The position numbers and the translations under genes are program-made. Of a stretch of DNA of 64,000 nucleotides, positions 23,532-33,853 are shown in pieces. A model generated the notes under the pieces. It did no database searches, had not been told where the DNA came from, and saw nothing but the letters and a program-made list of their open reading frames with translations. Position 1 is the stretch's first letter. Every line of letters starts with the position of its first letter. The stretch covers positions 96,001 through 160,000 of the forward strand of contig CAVXGR010000017.1 in the NCBI GenBank assembly GCA_963761335.1, given 5' to 3'. The stretch is from an uncultured delta proteobacterium (GTDB taxonomy: Bacteria; Desulfobacterota; Binatia; HRBIN30; BPIQ01).

Positions 23532-23999
23532 ATGGCACGGATTCCCGAAGCGGTGACCGAGTTCCTCTCAGGTAGGCGCCTTGCCGTCGTCGGCGTTTCG
23601 CGGGAGGCGGGGCAGCCGGCGAATGCCGTCTACCGCAGGTTGCGCGACTCGGGCTACGAGGTGTTTGCCGTCAATCCGAACGCAACCGAGGCCGAGGGCG
23701 CCCGGTGCTACCCCGACCTCGCCTCGATACCCGGGGCAATCGACGGGGTCATGATCGTGACCCATCCGGACGTCTCCACAGAAGTCGTCCGCCAGTGCGC
23801 CGAGCGCGGCGTGCGTCGTGTCTGGTTCCACCGCTCCTTCGGTGACGGCAGCGTCTCGGACGATGCCGTGCGCGAGTGCGAGGCGCACGGCATCGCCTGC
23901 ATCGTCGGTGGTTGCCCGCTCATGTACTGTGCCCCGGTCGACCTCGGCCACCGTTGCATGCGCTGGTGGCTGCGCCGGCAGGGCCGCGTGCCCTCCTGA
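23532..23999 (+). CDS. CoA-binding protein
   Basis: FLSGRRLAVVGVSR, GYEVFAVNP, VWFHRSFGDGSVS, GGCPLM; GGAGG RBS. Confidence 0.9.
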   Translation: MARIPEAVTEFLSGRRLAVVGVSREAGQPANAVYRRLRDSGYEVFAVNPNATEAEGARCYPDLASIPGAIDGVMIVTHPDVSTEVVRQCAERGVRRVWFHRSFGDGSVSDDAVRECEAHGIACIVGGCPLMYCAPVDLGHRCMRWWLRRQGRVPS

Positions 24000-24054
24000 T
24001 GACCTTGCGGAAGATGCTGCTCCAGATGCATGCTGCGGGGTGGGAGGAAACGCC

Positions 24055-24903
24055 GTGCCCGCCATTGAAGGAGACACGCGAGTCGGGAAGGCATCGGTTC
24101 ACTGGCGCAGGGAGGGGAGCGGACCGGCGATCGTCTTCCTGCACGGCTTCCCGTTGTCGGGGCAGACGTGGGACGCGGTCGTCGCCCGGCTTCGCGATCG
24201 ATTTACCTGTTGCGCTCCCGATCTCATCGGCTTGGGGAAGTCATGCAGTACAGCGGCAGGGGACTATTCCTCGCCCGGACAGGCACGGGCGTTCCAGGGG
24301 CTGCTGGCGGAGCTCGGCGTCGATTCCTACGCGCTGGTGGGAAACGACACGGGCGGGTGGATCGCTCGCGAGCTGGCCCTGATCGACGCGCCGCGGGTCT
24401 CTCATCTCATCCTCACCAATACGGAGATCCCGGGCCATCGGCCGCCTTGGATCCCCCTCTACCAGCTTCTGGCGCGGGTGCCGGGCTATGGCCGCATCAT
24501 CCAACAGGTCCTCCGGTCTCGGGCGTTTCGCCGATCGCCGATGGCCTTCGGCGGGTGCTTCGACGATCTCTCCCACCTGGATGGCGAGTTCCACGAGCGC
24601 TTCGTGGCGCCGCTGATCTCCTCGGGCGAACGAATCGGCGGCGCCATGGAGTTCCTGCGCCAGATGAAGTTCGCGCGACTCGACGAGTTCGAAACGCTCC
24701 ACGCGCAGCTTGCCATGCCGGCGCTGTTCATCTGGGGTGCGGACGACCCGACCTTCCCGGAGCAGCGGGCCCGCGGCATGCTCGCGCAATTCCCGAGCGT
24801 CCGCGGCTTCCACGCCATCCCGAAGGCGAAGCTGTTCGTCTACGAAGAGCATCCGCAGACGGTCGCCGAGCTGATCGCGGATTTTCGCATGCAGGCCGCG
24901 TGA
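24055..24903 (+). CDS. Alpha/beta hydrolase (epoxide hydrolase/dehalogenase-like)
   Basis: GSGPAIVFLHGFP, PDLIGLG, LVGNDTGG (Asp nucleophile), WGADDPTF; GTG start after GGAGGA. Confidence 0.85.
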   Translation: MPAIEGDTRVGKASVHWRREGSGPAIVFLHGFPLSGQTWDAVVARLRDRFTCCAPDLIGLGKSCSTAAGDYSSPGQARAFQGLLAELGVDSYALVGNDTGGWIARELALIDAPRVSHLILTNTEIPGHRPPWIPLYQLLARVPGYGRIIQQVLRSRAFRRSPMAFGGCFDDLSHLDGEFHERFVAPLISSGERIGGAMEFLRQMKFARLDEFETLHAQLAMPALFIWGADDPTFPEQRARGMLAQFPSVRGFHAIPKAKLFVYEEHPQTVAELIADFRMQAA

Positions 24904-24908
24904 GTCTC

Positions 24909-25355
24909 ATGAACGCCGTGGAGGTGCGAACCAGCGCGATCATTGCGTGCCCGCGGGCGCGGGTGTGGAAGGTGCTGACCGACGTCCAGCGCCAGCCCGA
25001 GTGGATGCGCGATGCGCTGTCGGTCGAGATACTGACCGCCGGTCCGCTGCGTGTCGGTAGCCGCATGCGCGTGCCGACGCGGATCGGTTTCCTCCGCACC
25101 ACCGATCTCATGGAGGTGACCGCCTTCGAGCCGCCCGAGCGCTGGAGGGTCGTTCACCAGGGGCTGGTCACCGGGGAGGGGACGTTCACGCTTCACGAGA
25201 TCGATGGAGACAGGAGCACCCGCGTGGAGTGGGACGAGCGGCTGGCGGCGCCGCTCGGAGCGATAGGCCGCTTCGGAATGACTCTCTTCCGGCCGATCTT
25301 GCGACGGCAGTTCGAAGCCGACCTCGACCGCCTGCGGCGACTCTGCGAGAGCTAG
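24909..25355 (+). CDS. SRPBCC (polyketide cyclase/START-like) protein
   Basis: IACPRARVWKVLTDV..QPEWM, EVTAFEPP, TRVEWDE. Confidence 0.85.
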   Translation: MNAVEVRTSAIIACPRARVWKVLTDVQRQPEWMRDALSVEILTAGPLRVGSRMRVPTRIGFLRTTDLMEVTAFEPPERWRVVHQGLVTGEGTFTLHEIDGDRSTRVEWDERLAAPLGAIGRFGMTLFRPILRRQFEADLDRLRRLCES

Positions 25356-25373
25356 ACCGGTGTCACGCGTGGC

Positions 25374-26951
25374 TCAGTCGCGGAAGATCTCGTAGGAGCG
25401 CGACTGGCCGTCGACGTCGCGCTCGAGGCGGACGGTGATGACACCGTCGCTGTCGCAGGAGTAGACCTCGCGGACGCTGTGAGCGGCGAGGTCGTCGCGG
25501 TGGTGAACGTCGCCGGAGTTGAGGCGGCGATCCACCGGAATGGCGGGGTCGTAGGGAAAGAGCACGTCGGACCAGGCGCGGACGCCGACGGTGGGACGGC
25601 CGGCGCCGTCGACGCCGGCGCACTCGAAGTAGCGCAGATGGCCGACGTCGTGCCGGGGCGAGTACTCCACCGTGCACTCGAGCGGCGCCTCGCCATGGCG
25701 GGGCAGGGGGGCCCCGGCCCGGAAGATCGGGGCGAAGTACTCGCGCGTCCCGTGATCGGCGAGACGGAGGACGCCGAAGTGGCGCGAGAGGATGTCGCGC
25801 AGCGTCACCGCTTCGGCGCTGTGAATGGCGGCGCCCATGGCGGTGGCGGCGAACGGCTTGTCGGTCATCACCAACGGTACGCCGGGCAGGCGCTCCGCGA
25901 TCATCTCCGAGACCAGCGGCAGCTTCGACGAGCCGCCGACGAGATAGACGGCGGTGAGCGGCTCGGTGCCGGCGCCGCCGCGCGGCGCCGTGGCCTCCCG
26001 CGCCAGCTCCGCCAGCCGATCGGCCGCCGGCGCCAGCAGCGGACGGATCTCGTCGAAGAAGGCGGCAACGGGAACGGTGCGCGCCTCGCCGCGCAGGCCG
26101 ACATCCGCGGGCAACACCGCCAGGTGGCGAACAGTTCCCGCGCAGATGTTCTCCTTCTGCTGGCGGGCGTGTTGCACGAGGAGGTCTCGCTGCAGCGGGG
26201 TGAGATCGTCGAGCGCCGCTCCCAGCTCGTGCGCCAGCAGGCGCGCCAGGGCGAGGTCGAGGTCGTCGCCGCCGAGCTCCTCGATGCCGCCGGAGGCGAC
26301 CACCTCGAAGTTGCGACCGCTGATCTTCACCGCCGAGACGTCGAAGGTGCCGCCGCCGAGGTCGAAGACCGCAACCGTTGCCGAGAGCCGGCGCGCCTCG
26401 GCGCGGTTGCCGCGGGCGATGCGATCGGCAAACTCGATGGCGGCGGCGCTCGGCTCGTTCAAGGTGCCGATGACCTGAAAGCCGGCGTCGCGGAAGCAGG
26501 TGCGGGTGACGTGGCGTTGCGCGCCGTTGGCATTGGCGGGCCAGGTGATCGCCGCTTCGAGCGGCTCGCCATCGCCGAGCAGCCCGGAGCGCAGGATGGA
26601 GCCGCGCAGGGCCTGGGCGAAGCCGCGCAGGAGATCGGCCGCATCGAACCCGTCCGGGCGCAGCTCGAAGCCGATACGGCCGCCGCCGACGTAGTCGCGC
26701 AGCAACCGCTTCATCGAGCGCAGGATCCCGTAGCGCCGCTCGCGATCGGGGCGGCTGGCGCAGCGCTCGGCATCGGGCCCGTAGAGCAGCGCCCCGGTCT
26801 CGCGGTCGAAGGCGACCAGGGAGGGGAAGATGTCGCGCACCACGCGGCCGATCGCCGTTTGTACGAAATGTGGAACGACGTCGTAGCGACCGCGGTCGCT
26901 GCACACGACCACGGTGTTGGTCGTGCCGAAGTCGATTCCCAGCCGCGCCAT
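25374..26951 (-). CDS. Atypical Hsp70-family ATPase lacking the helical lid
   Basis: LGIDFGTTNT, LNEPSAAA, VFDLGGGTFDVS, LGGDDLD, YLVGGSSKLP; only 525 aa with a divergent C-terminal beta domain. Confidence 0.9.
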   Translation of the reverse strand: MARLGIDFGTTNTVVVCSDRGRYDVVPHFVQTAIGRVVRDIFPSLVAFDRETGALLYGPDAERCASRPDRERRYGILRSMKRLLRDYVGGGRIGFELRPDGFDAADLLRGFAQALRGSILRSGLLGDGEPLEAAITWPANANGAQRHVTRTCFRDAGFQVIGTLNEPSAAAIEFADRIARGNRAEARRLSATVAVFDLGGGTFDVSAVKISGRNFEVVASGGIEELGGDDLDLALARLLAHELGAALDDLTPLQRDLLVQHARQQKENICAGTVRHLAVLPADVGLRGEARTVPVAAFFDEIRPLLAPAADRLAELAREATAPRGGAGTEPLTAVYLVGGSSKLPLVSEMIAERLPGVPLVMTDKPFAATAMGAAIHSAEAVTLRDILSRHFGVLRLADHGTREYFAPIFRAGAPLPRHGEAPLECTVEYSPRHDVGHLRYFECAGVDGAGRPTVGVRAWSDVLFPYDPAIPVDRRLNSGDVHHRDDLAAHSVREVYSCDSDGVITVRLERDVDGQSRSYEIFRD

Positions 26952-26952
26952 C

Positions 26953-27639
26953 TCAGGACCTCCGGTTGACGCAGACCGCCGCCTTGCCGATCACCGCGCC
27001 GCGGGCGCTGCGGAAGCCGGGTCGCACGGTTTCCAGGATCACCCCGTCGGGGACGCCGTTGTCAGCGCGTTCCTGGATCACGATGTGGATGAGCGGATCC
27101 ACGAAATCCATGGACTCGGCCTCGAAGCGCACGGCGCCGAGGGAGTCGAGCAGAGCGTCGAGGCGATCGACGAGCTCCGCGGGCGCGCTGGCGGCCGCTT
27201 CGCGGCGGATGTCGGCGACCTGCGCGGCAACCGACTCCAGCCGCCGCTCCAGCAGCTCGCTCAGCAGTCGGCGCAGCGAGTCCACCGCCCCTTCGAGGGC
27301 GGCGTCGGGCTCGACGCGCGTGGTGAGCAGCGGGTCGATCATGGCCTTGAGGGCGCGGATCTCCTGAAGCACGTCGGCCGGGCTTCCGCTCGTTGTCCCC
27401 CTGCCGGTTGCGGCGCCGCTGCCGCCGGCCTCCGCCGCTGCCGGGGGCTCCTTGCGCGCCGGGGCGCGGCGCGCCGCGCGCGACTTCGGTTTCGCCTCGG
27501 CGCTGTCGCCTTCCGCCGGTGGGGTACCGGCCTTGCCGAGGCCGGCGCCGGCTGCGGCGGCGGCAGCAGCCGCACGCACGGCCCGGGCGCTCTTTTCCCC
27601 TTCCGGTTCTCTCTCGGGAGCCTTCTTCTTGGTTGCCAC
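26953..27639 (-). CDS. GrpE-like nucleotide exchange factor with disordered N-terminus
   Basis: C-terminal LGAVRFEA..FVDPLIH..GVILETVRPGF..G.VI.KAAVCV matches the GrpE beta head; preceding helical region; GTG start with GGAGGA RBS; stop 1 nt from the Hsp70 ATG. Confidence 0.75.
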   Translation of the reverse strand: MATKKKAPEREPEGEKSARAVRAAAAAAAAGAGLGKAGTPPAEGDSAEAKPKSRAARRAPARKEPPAAAEAGGSGAATGRGTTSGSPADVLQEIRALKAMIDPLLTTRVEPDAALEGAVDSLRRLLSELLERRLESVAAQVADIRREAAASAPAELVDRLDALLDSLGAVRFEAESMDFVDPLIHIVIQERADNGVPDGVILETVRPGFRSARGAVIGKAAVCVNRRS

Positions 27640-27753
27640 CGTGTTTGTCCTCCGTTTCAAGCGCGCCTCGGGCAACGCTCCTGGCGACAGAATGTCGGAT
27701 TTCCGGACGCAGTGCGACAGTGTTCTTGGCGGTAGTGGAGCCGAGTGCGTCCG

Positions 27754-28929
27754 TCAGTCGGCGAGACCGCTGGCGTGCAGATCCTGGTAGACGGTCTCGG
27801 CAGCGAGATGATTGCCATTTTCGTTCCAGTGACCACCTCCGAAGTGCAGATCGTTCTTGATCGGCGAGGCGCGAAAGGCCTGAAGCAGCGGCACCAGATG
27901 GATGCCGTGGCGCGCCGCGATGTCTCGAAACTGCCGTTCCGGGAAGCCGCGGTCGAAGCGCGGCGCTTCCGCTCCCTCGGCGTCGAGGAGCTTCTGCCAG
28001 TAGTAGTCGAGGAACTCCTCATGTGCGGGAATGTCGACGAGAATGAACCTGGCGCCGCTGGCGCGCACCTCGTCCGCGAGCGTGGCGAGCAGCTTCTCGG
28101 TGATCCGCCATGCTTCGGGAAACGGGTCGGGAGGATCGGTATCGAACAGCTCGGCCACCGGAGGGGCATTGGTCTCGACCGAGCGGAGCTTCTGGCGCAG
28201 GATCGCAAATGCCTGATTCTGCCAGACGTAGAGCCGGCTGTGATCGTTGAGCCAGCGCGTCCCCTCGGCCTTGGCTTCCGAGATCGGGTGGTAGTCGAGC
28301 TCGCCTTTCTCGTCGAGGCTGAAGTAGGGGCGTACGTAGCTGGTCAGGTTGCGGTCGTTGTCCCACAGGTCGTTGCCGTTGTAGTAGTTGAGGATCACGA
28401 TGTCCGGATCGAACCGGCGGGCGAAGTTGCGCCATGTAAGCAAGCTCTGGGCCGTGCTGAAGCCGCCGATGCCGAAGTTCAACACCTCCCAGCGAGCTTC
28501 CGTCGCATGCGCGTTCAGCCGTTGCTCGAGCTGGGCTGCCATGGTGTCGGGCTCCTCGACGGCAATGGCGGCGGTGAAGGAGTCGCCGAGAAGGGCGATG
28601 CGGCGCACTCCCGCGGGTTTGGCGAAGGGACGATCCGGGCCGCGGTAGCCGAGGGAGCTGATGCGGATGTGGATCTTGCGGCCGACCTCGGGGACGAACT
28701 CCTCGCCGGAGAAGCCGGCGCGGTAGCGCTGGCCGACGATGGAGTCCTTCACCAGAAGCGGTTGCTGCCAGGTGCCGCTGAGGCGCACGGCGCCCTCGAG
28801 GGCGAGGAGGGTTACGGCGATGCTGAGGGACGCCAAGGCGATGTTGGCAGCCCAGCGGCGAACCGCGTGACGGCCGGGGGCTGCAGCGTCTTCCGCGGTG
28901 GGTGTTATCTGGCGGACGGCAGGGGACAC
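27754..28929 (-). CDS. Membrane-anchored SGNH/GDSL (AlgX/AlgJ-like) hydrolase
   Basis: N-terminal TM ending LLALEGAVRL, RIALLGDSFT, EVLNFGIGG, YNGND, HWNENGN; start uncertain. Confidence 0.82.
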   Translation of the reverse strand: MSPAVRQITPTAEDAAAPGRHAVRRWAANIALASLSIAVTLLALEGAVRLSGTWQQPLLVKDSIVGQRYRAGFSGEEFVPEVGRKIHIRISSLGYRGPDRPFAKPAGVRRIALLGDSFTAAIAVEEPDTMAAQLEQRLNAHATEARWEVLNFGIGGFSTAQSLLTWRNFARRFDPDIVILNYYNGNDLWDNDRNLTSYVRPYFSLDEKGELDYHPISEAKAEGTRWLNDHSRLYVWQNQAFAILRQKLRSVETNAPPVAELFDTDPPDPFPEAWRITEKLLATLADEVRASGARFILVDIPAHEEFLDYYWQKLLDAEGAEAPRFDRGFPERQFRDIAARHGIHLVPLLQAFRASPIKNDLHFGGGHWNENGNHLAAETVYQDLHASGLAD

Positions 28930-29017
28930 GGCTGAAGCGTCAAGTAGCAGTCGTCGCCCCGCTTGGAAAGACGCCGGGCATTTGCCTTTTGCCGTCCAGC
29001 TCATTACATGCCGCGGC

Positions 29018-29476
29018 ATGGAACTGGGGCGCTTTTTCGAGGACTTCGAGGTGGGAGAGGTCATCAAGCACTGGCCGGGGCGGACGATCCGGGATTTCGA
29101 CGACACCTGGTTTACGTTGATGACCATGAACACCAACCCCCTGCACTTCGACGAGCACTTCGCCAGCCAGTCCCAGCACGGGCGCTGCCTGGTGAACGGC
29201 ATTCTCGTTTTCGCCATTGCCGTCGGCATGAGCGTCCGCGATGTCAGCCAGAACGCCATCGCCAACCTCGAGTACGAGTCGGTGCGGCATTTGGGGCCGA
29301 CCTTTCACGGCGACACGATCTACGCCGAGACGGAAGTCCTCGAAAAGACCGAGTCGAGGTCCAAAGCCGATCGCGGTATTCTCTACCTCGAGACGCGCGC
29401 CTGGAATCAGAACGACCAGCGGGTCCTGTCGCTGCGGCGCCGCGTCCTCATTCCGCGCCGACCGGCGGCGAAATAG
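29018..29476 (+). CDS. MaoC-family dehydratase
   Basis: GRFFEDFEVGEVIKHWPGRTI, MNTNPLHFD, PTFHGDTIYAETEV. Confidence 0.93.
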   Translation: MELGRFFEDFEVGEVIKHWPGRTIRDFDDTWFTLMTMNTNPLHFDEHFASQSQHGRCLVNGILVFAIAVGMSVRDVSQNAIANLEYESVRHLGPTFHGDTIYAETEVLEKTESRSKADRGILYLETRAWNQNDQRVLSLRRRVLIPRRPAAK

Positions 29477-29479
29477 GAA

Positions 29480-29528
29480 GTAGAAGCGCCGTCCCGGCGC
29501 TTCCGAAGCGGCGAGACGCCGCTTCTAC
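29480..29528. repeat. GTAG REP-like doublet
   Basis: GTAGAAGCGCCGTCCCGGCGCTTC-C-GAAGCGGCGAGACGCCGCTTCTAC; near reverse complement of 2011-2060. Confidence 0.88.
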
Positions 29529-29718
29529 CTTCGCGGATCTCCACTGAGGGCGCGTATAGGGGGAAATGCGGCCCCGCTGGCCCGGTTTGGCGTGCTCTAT
29601 TTTTTTTCATGGTGTAGGCCTGCCCTATTGCCTGTTTTTTGATCTATGCATATGTTTCGCGCAGCACGCAGCACCCGTTGGGGGTGCAGATGGAGGTTGG
29701 GGGTGGTTTGGATCTCCC

Positions 29719-29734
29719 TGGCACCGCTGTTGCT
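29719..29734 (+). promoter_or_regulatory. Sigma54 (-24/-12) promoter of the porin gene
   Basis: TGGCAC-CGCTG-TTGCT, exact TGGCAC-N5-TTGCW consensus about 50 nt upstream of the ATG; AT-rich tract further upstream. Confidence 0.88.
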
Positions 29735-29785
29735 TTAGGTGCAGATCCAAACTCAAAACTCGGGGTGCGCCCCGGAGGAGGGAAC

Positions 29786-30988
29786 ATGACGCGGAGGAAC
29801 ATTCTGCGGATGCTGGCGATGGCGACCGCTGTGGCCGGAGTCAGTGGGGGAGTCGCTCGGGCGGACGTGAAAGGGGTCGCGGACGCTTTGGGGGTTGATA
29901 TCCACGGACTGGTATCGACTGTCTACCAGTACAGCTTCAACAACCCGGATTCTGGTTCGGTCGCCGTCCGCACCAGCGTCAACGATCACAACAGCTTCGA
30001 TCTGAACCAGGGGAGCCTGTTCTTCGTCCGCGACCGTGAGGACGACCGCTTCGGGTTCAACATCACACTGGATTTCGGCAAGGTCGCCGAGACCGAGTAC
30101 TCCGACTGGGACGGAAGCGGAGTGTTGGGCGACTCGGCGGAAGAGGGGAACGCCTTCGAGGTGCGCGAGGCGTATGCCTCGTACAAGATTCCGCTCGGCG
30201 ACATGGACGTGAAGGTGAAGGCGGGTAAGTTCGTCACCCTGCTCGGCTACGAGGTGATCAAGAGCTGGAACGCCTTGAACTACAACGTCTCGGAGTCGAT
30301 CCTGTTCGGGTACAGCATCCCCTTCACCCACACCGGTATCCTCGCCGACGTGCCGATTGGCGACATGGTGTCGCTGGACCTGGGCGTGGTGAACGGCTGG
30401 GACAACGTGCAGGACAACAACAACGGCAAGACCCTTCTCGGCGGTCTCGGTATCAAGCCGTCGGACGTTGTCTCCCTGTACTTCGCCGGCACCTACGGCG
30501 CCGAGGAGAACGGTTTCTCGAAGGCAACGCCGGGCCCGGGCGCCGGCGCCAAGCGCGGCGTGGTCACCGCCAACGCCACCTTCACCGGCGTGCCCAACGT
30601 GACCTTCGTCATCGACAGCGTCTACGGCCACGAGAACGACATCGTCAACAGAGCGGGCGTCGCGCCGCTGAAAGGCGACGCCGATTGGTACGGTGTGGCC
30701 GGCTACGCCGTGGTGCCGATCATCGATGATCTCTCCTTCGCGTTGCGCAGCGAGGTTTTCAACGATGCCGACGGTGTGCGTACGCTGGGGACGACCGGCG
30801 GCCTGGCGAGCTCCAACACCATGTGGGAGATGACGGGAACCCTGGCCTATCAGATCCAGGAGCACGTCCTGGCACGCGTCGAGTACCGGCACGACGAGGC
30901 CAGCAAGCCGATCTACGACGCCGGTCATTCGACCGCGATTCATCCTGGCTCCGACACCGTGGCTGCAGAGCTGATCGGGATGTTCTGA
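29786..30988 (+). CDS. Outer-membrane beta-barrel porin (BBP2/DUF1597-like)
   Basis: Signal peptide; YQYSFNNP, EAYASY, AGKFVTLLGYEVI, PFTHTG, GVVNGWD, RVEYRHD; C-terminal Phe; GGAGGAG RBS. Confidence 0.88.
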   Translation: MTRRNILRMLAMATAVAGVSGGVARADVKGVADALGVDIHGLVSTVYQYSFNNPDSGSVAVRTSVNDHNSFDLNQGSLFFVRDREDDRFGFNITLDFGKVAETEYSDWDGSGVLGDSAEEGNAFEVREAYASYKIPLGDMDVKVKAGKFVTLLGYEVIKSWNALNYNVSESILFGYSIPFTHTGILADVPIGDMVSLDLGVVNGWDNVQDNNNGKTLLGGLGIKPSDVVSLYFAGTYGAEENGFSKATPGPGAGAKRGVVTANATFTGVPNVTFVIDSVYGHENDIVNRAGVAPLKGDADWYGVAGYAVVPIIDDLSFALRSEVFNDADGVRTLGTTGGLASSNTMWEMTGTLAYQIQEHVLARVEYRHDEASKPIYDAGHSTAIHPGSDTVAAELIGMF

Positions 30989-31603
<615 letters not shown>

Positions 31604-31644
31604 GTGCATCGTGTCAGACAACAACAAAAGGGGAGAAAGGAAAG

Positions 31645-33093
31645 ATGAGAGATCGGAAACGCTTGCTCTTCATGGCACTGCCCGTCGTGGCAGTGCTCGC
31701 TGGTCGGGCCGAGGCCCAGGAGGCTGCCGCGGTGAATGCCACCGCAGTGGCCCTGGACACGGTATGGGTGCTGCTCACGGGCGGGCTGGTCTTCTTCATG
31801 AATACCGGCTTCGGCATGCTCGAGGCCGGGCTCTGTCGTTCCAAGAACGCGGTGAACATTCTCGCCAAGAACTTCGTCGTCTTCGCGCTGGCCTCGCTGT
31901 CCTTCTACATCCTCGGCTGGGGGCTGATGTTCGGTGACGGCAATGGCTTCGTCGGCACGCACGGTCTGTGGCTCGCGACCGGCGCCGACAACAGCCCGGC
32001 GATCGGCGACGCCTATCAGGGCGTCTACGGCTCGATCAACTGGACCGGCGTGCCGTTGCTCGCCAAGTTCTTCTTCCAGCTGGTGTTTGCCGGGACCGCT
32101 GCCACCATCGTCTCCGGAGCGGTGGCCGAGCGGGTGAAGTTCATGTCGTTCATGGTGTTCACCCTGCTGCTGGTCGGCATCATGTACCCGATCACCGGCC
32201 ACTGGATCTGGGGTGGCGGCTGGCTTGCCAAGCTGGGCTTCTGGGATTTCGCGGGGTCGACGGTGGTGCATTCCGTCGGCGGCTGGTCGGCGCTTGCCGG
32301 GGCGATGCTGCTCGGGCCGCGCATCGGCAAGTACGCCAAGGACGGACGCGTCAACCCGATTCCCGGCCACAACCTGAACTCGGCGTTCATCGGGTGCTTC
32401 ATCCTCTGGTTCGGCTGGTTCGGGTTCAACCCCGGCAGCACCATGGGCCTGAGCGCCCCCGCCGACGTGGCGCGCATCTTCCTGACCACCAACATGGCGG
32501 CGGCCGCCGGCACTCTCTCGGCCACCATCGTCGCCTGGATGCTGCTCGGCAAGCCCGACTTCACCATGATTCTCAACGGCTGCCTCGCGGGACTGGTGGC
32601 CATCACGGCACCCTGCGCCTGGGTCAGTGGTCCGGCCTCCCTCCTCATTGGCGGCGTTGCCGGGGCCCTGGTGGTCTTCGCCGTGCTCTTCTTCGACCGC
32701 ATCCAGATCGACGACCCCGTGGGTGCCATCTCGGTGCACCTGGTCAACGGCGTCTGGGGGACGCTCTGCGTCGGACTGTTCGCCGACCAGGTATACGGCG
32801 CCAGCCTGCTCGAGAATGGGCGCGGCGCGCTGATCTTCGCGCAGGTGGTCGGTATCGCGACGGTGGGGATCTTCACCTTTGCGGTCGCCCTCGTGGGCTG
32901 GCTGGTGATCAAGGCCACCATGGGTATTCGCGTCAGCGCCGAGGAAGAGCTCGAAGGTCTCGACTCCGGAGAGCACGGCAACCAGGCGTATCCGGATTTC
33001 CTGGCCGTGCACACCACGACCCTTGGTGGTGGCTTCCCCTCCGGGGGGGAGCGGGATCCGGCAGCGTCTCTGGGTTACGGCGGGGCGCGCTGA
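31645..33093 (+). CDS. amtB: Ammonium transporter
   Basis: [62 protein letters not shown]. Confidence 0.97.
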   Translation: MRDRKRLLFMALPVVAVLAGRAEAQEAAAVNATAVALDTVWVLLTGGLVFFMNTGFGMLEAGLCRSKNAVNILAKNFVVFALASLSFYILGWGLMFGDGNGFVGTHGLWLATGADNSPAIGDAYQGVYGSINWTGVPLLAKFFFQLVFAGTAATIVSGAVAERVKFMSFMVFTLLLVGIMYPITGHWIWGGGWLAKLGFWDFAGSTVVHSVGGWSALAGAMLLGPRIGKYAKDGRVNPIPGHNLNSAFIGCFILWFGWFGFNPGSTMGLSAPADVARIFLTTNMAAAAGTLSATIVAWMLLGKPDFTMILNGCLAGLVAITAPCAWVSGPASLLIGGVAGALVVFAVLFFDRIQIDDPVGAISVHLVNGVWGTLCVGLFADQVYGASLLENGRGALIFAQVVGIATVGIFTFAVALVGWLVIKATMGIRVSAEEELEGLDSGEHGNQAYPDFLAVHTTTLGGGFPSGGERDPAASLGYGGAR

Positions 33094-33112
33094 GATGTTG
33101 TTGAAGGTCCGA

Positions 33113-33200
33113 ATGGATGCCGGTCGTTGCCCAAACCCGCGCTCGCGGTACAGGCGGACGCACCCCCCGTCGAGTCGGGCGGTGACGGCCGGCATACCAT
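33113..33200 (+). ncRNA. Candidate structured RNA in the amtB 3' region
   Basis: ATGG-ATGCCGGTCGTTGCC pairs with GGTGACGGCCGGCAT-A-CCAT via several G.U pairs; internal CCGCG/CGCGG hairpin. Confidence 0.4.
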
Positions 33201-33235
33201 GCCTGTGACGAGTCTCCCTCTCACTCGGCAGGCAA

Positions 33236-33279
33236 GCGGGGCGCCCGAAGCGCGAGCTTCGGGCGCCCCGCCTCGTTTC
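33236..33279 (+). terminator. Strong hairpin, probable terminator downstream of amtB
   Basis: GCGGGGCGCCCGAAGC-GCGA-GCTTCGGGCGCCCCGC, 16-bp perfect stem; weak U tract. Confidence 0.6.
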
Positions 33280-33448
33280 GGAGGGAATCTTCCTTCAGGA
33301 ATGGCGAGATTCGAGGATTCGCGCCGGGGCCGCGCGAATCGAAAAACTGTGCCTGTAGCGACGGCTCCCCCTTTGTCTCGCGCAGGCCGGCGGGTGGTCG
33401 GGACGGAGTCCCGACCACCTGTACTTCATCACGGGGGCGCCTCGATCG

Positions 33449-33853
33449 ATGAGAAAGAAGATCTTGGTCGTCGATGACGACGAGAGCACCCGCTTCGTTC
33501 TCGCTCGTGCTCTCGAGCGGCTCGGGTGCCGGGTGGTGGTCGCCGAGGACGGTGCCGAGGTCCCGGAGCTGATCAGCGAGCAGGCCTTCGATCTGGTCGT
33601 CCTCGATCTGTACATGCCGGGCATGAACGGCTTCGAGGTGTTGCGCCAGCTGCGTCATCCCGAGAATGGCCTGCTGCCATCGCAGGCGACCGCCGTCCCG
33701 GTGCGGGTTCTGGTCGTCTCCGGTGAGACGAACCCCGCCTCGGTCTCCCATGCCCGCGCCGCCGGAGCCAGCGATCACCTGGCGAAGCCGGTGGATGTCG
33801 ACCAGTTCGTCGCCACCGTGCAGCGCCTCCTCGGCATGCCGGCGGCGGGCTAG
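33449..33853 (+). CDS. Single-domain response regulator (receiver)
   Basis: KILVVDDD, DLVVLDLYMPGMNGFEVL, VVSG, LAKP. Confidence 0.93.
   Translation: MRKKILVVDDDESTRFVLARALERLGCRVVVAEDGAEVPELISEQAFDLVVLDLYMPGMNGFEVLRQLRHPENGLLPSQATAVPVRVLVVSGETNPASVSHARAAGASDHLAKPVDVDQFVATVQRLLGMPAAG

Noticed and set aside
29588..29603. Third sigma54-like site TGGCGTGCTCTATTTT
   Set aside because: Lacks the -12 GC
29639..29785. 49-aa N-terminal extension of the porin
   Set aside because: Spans the sigma54 promoter; a strong RBS and signal peptide begin at ATG 29786
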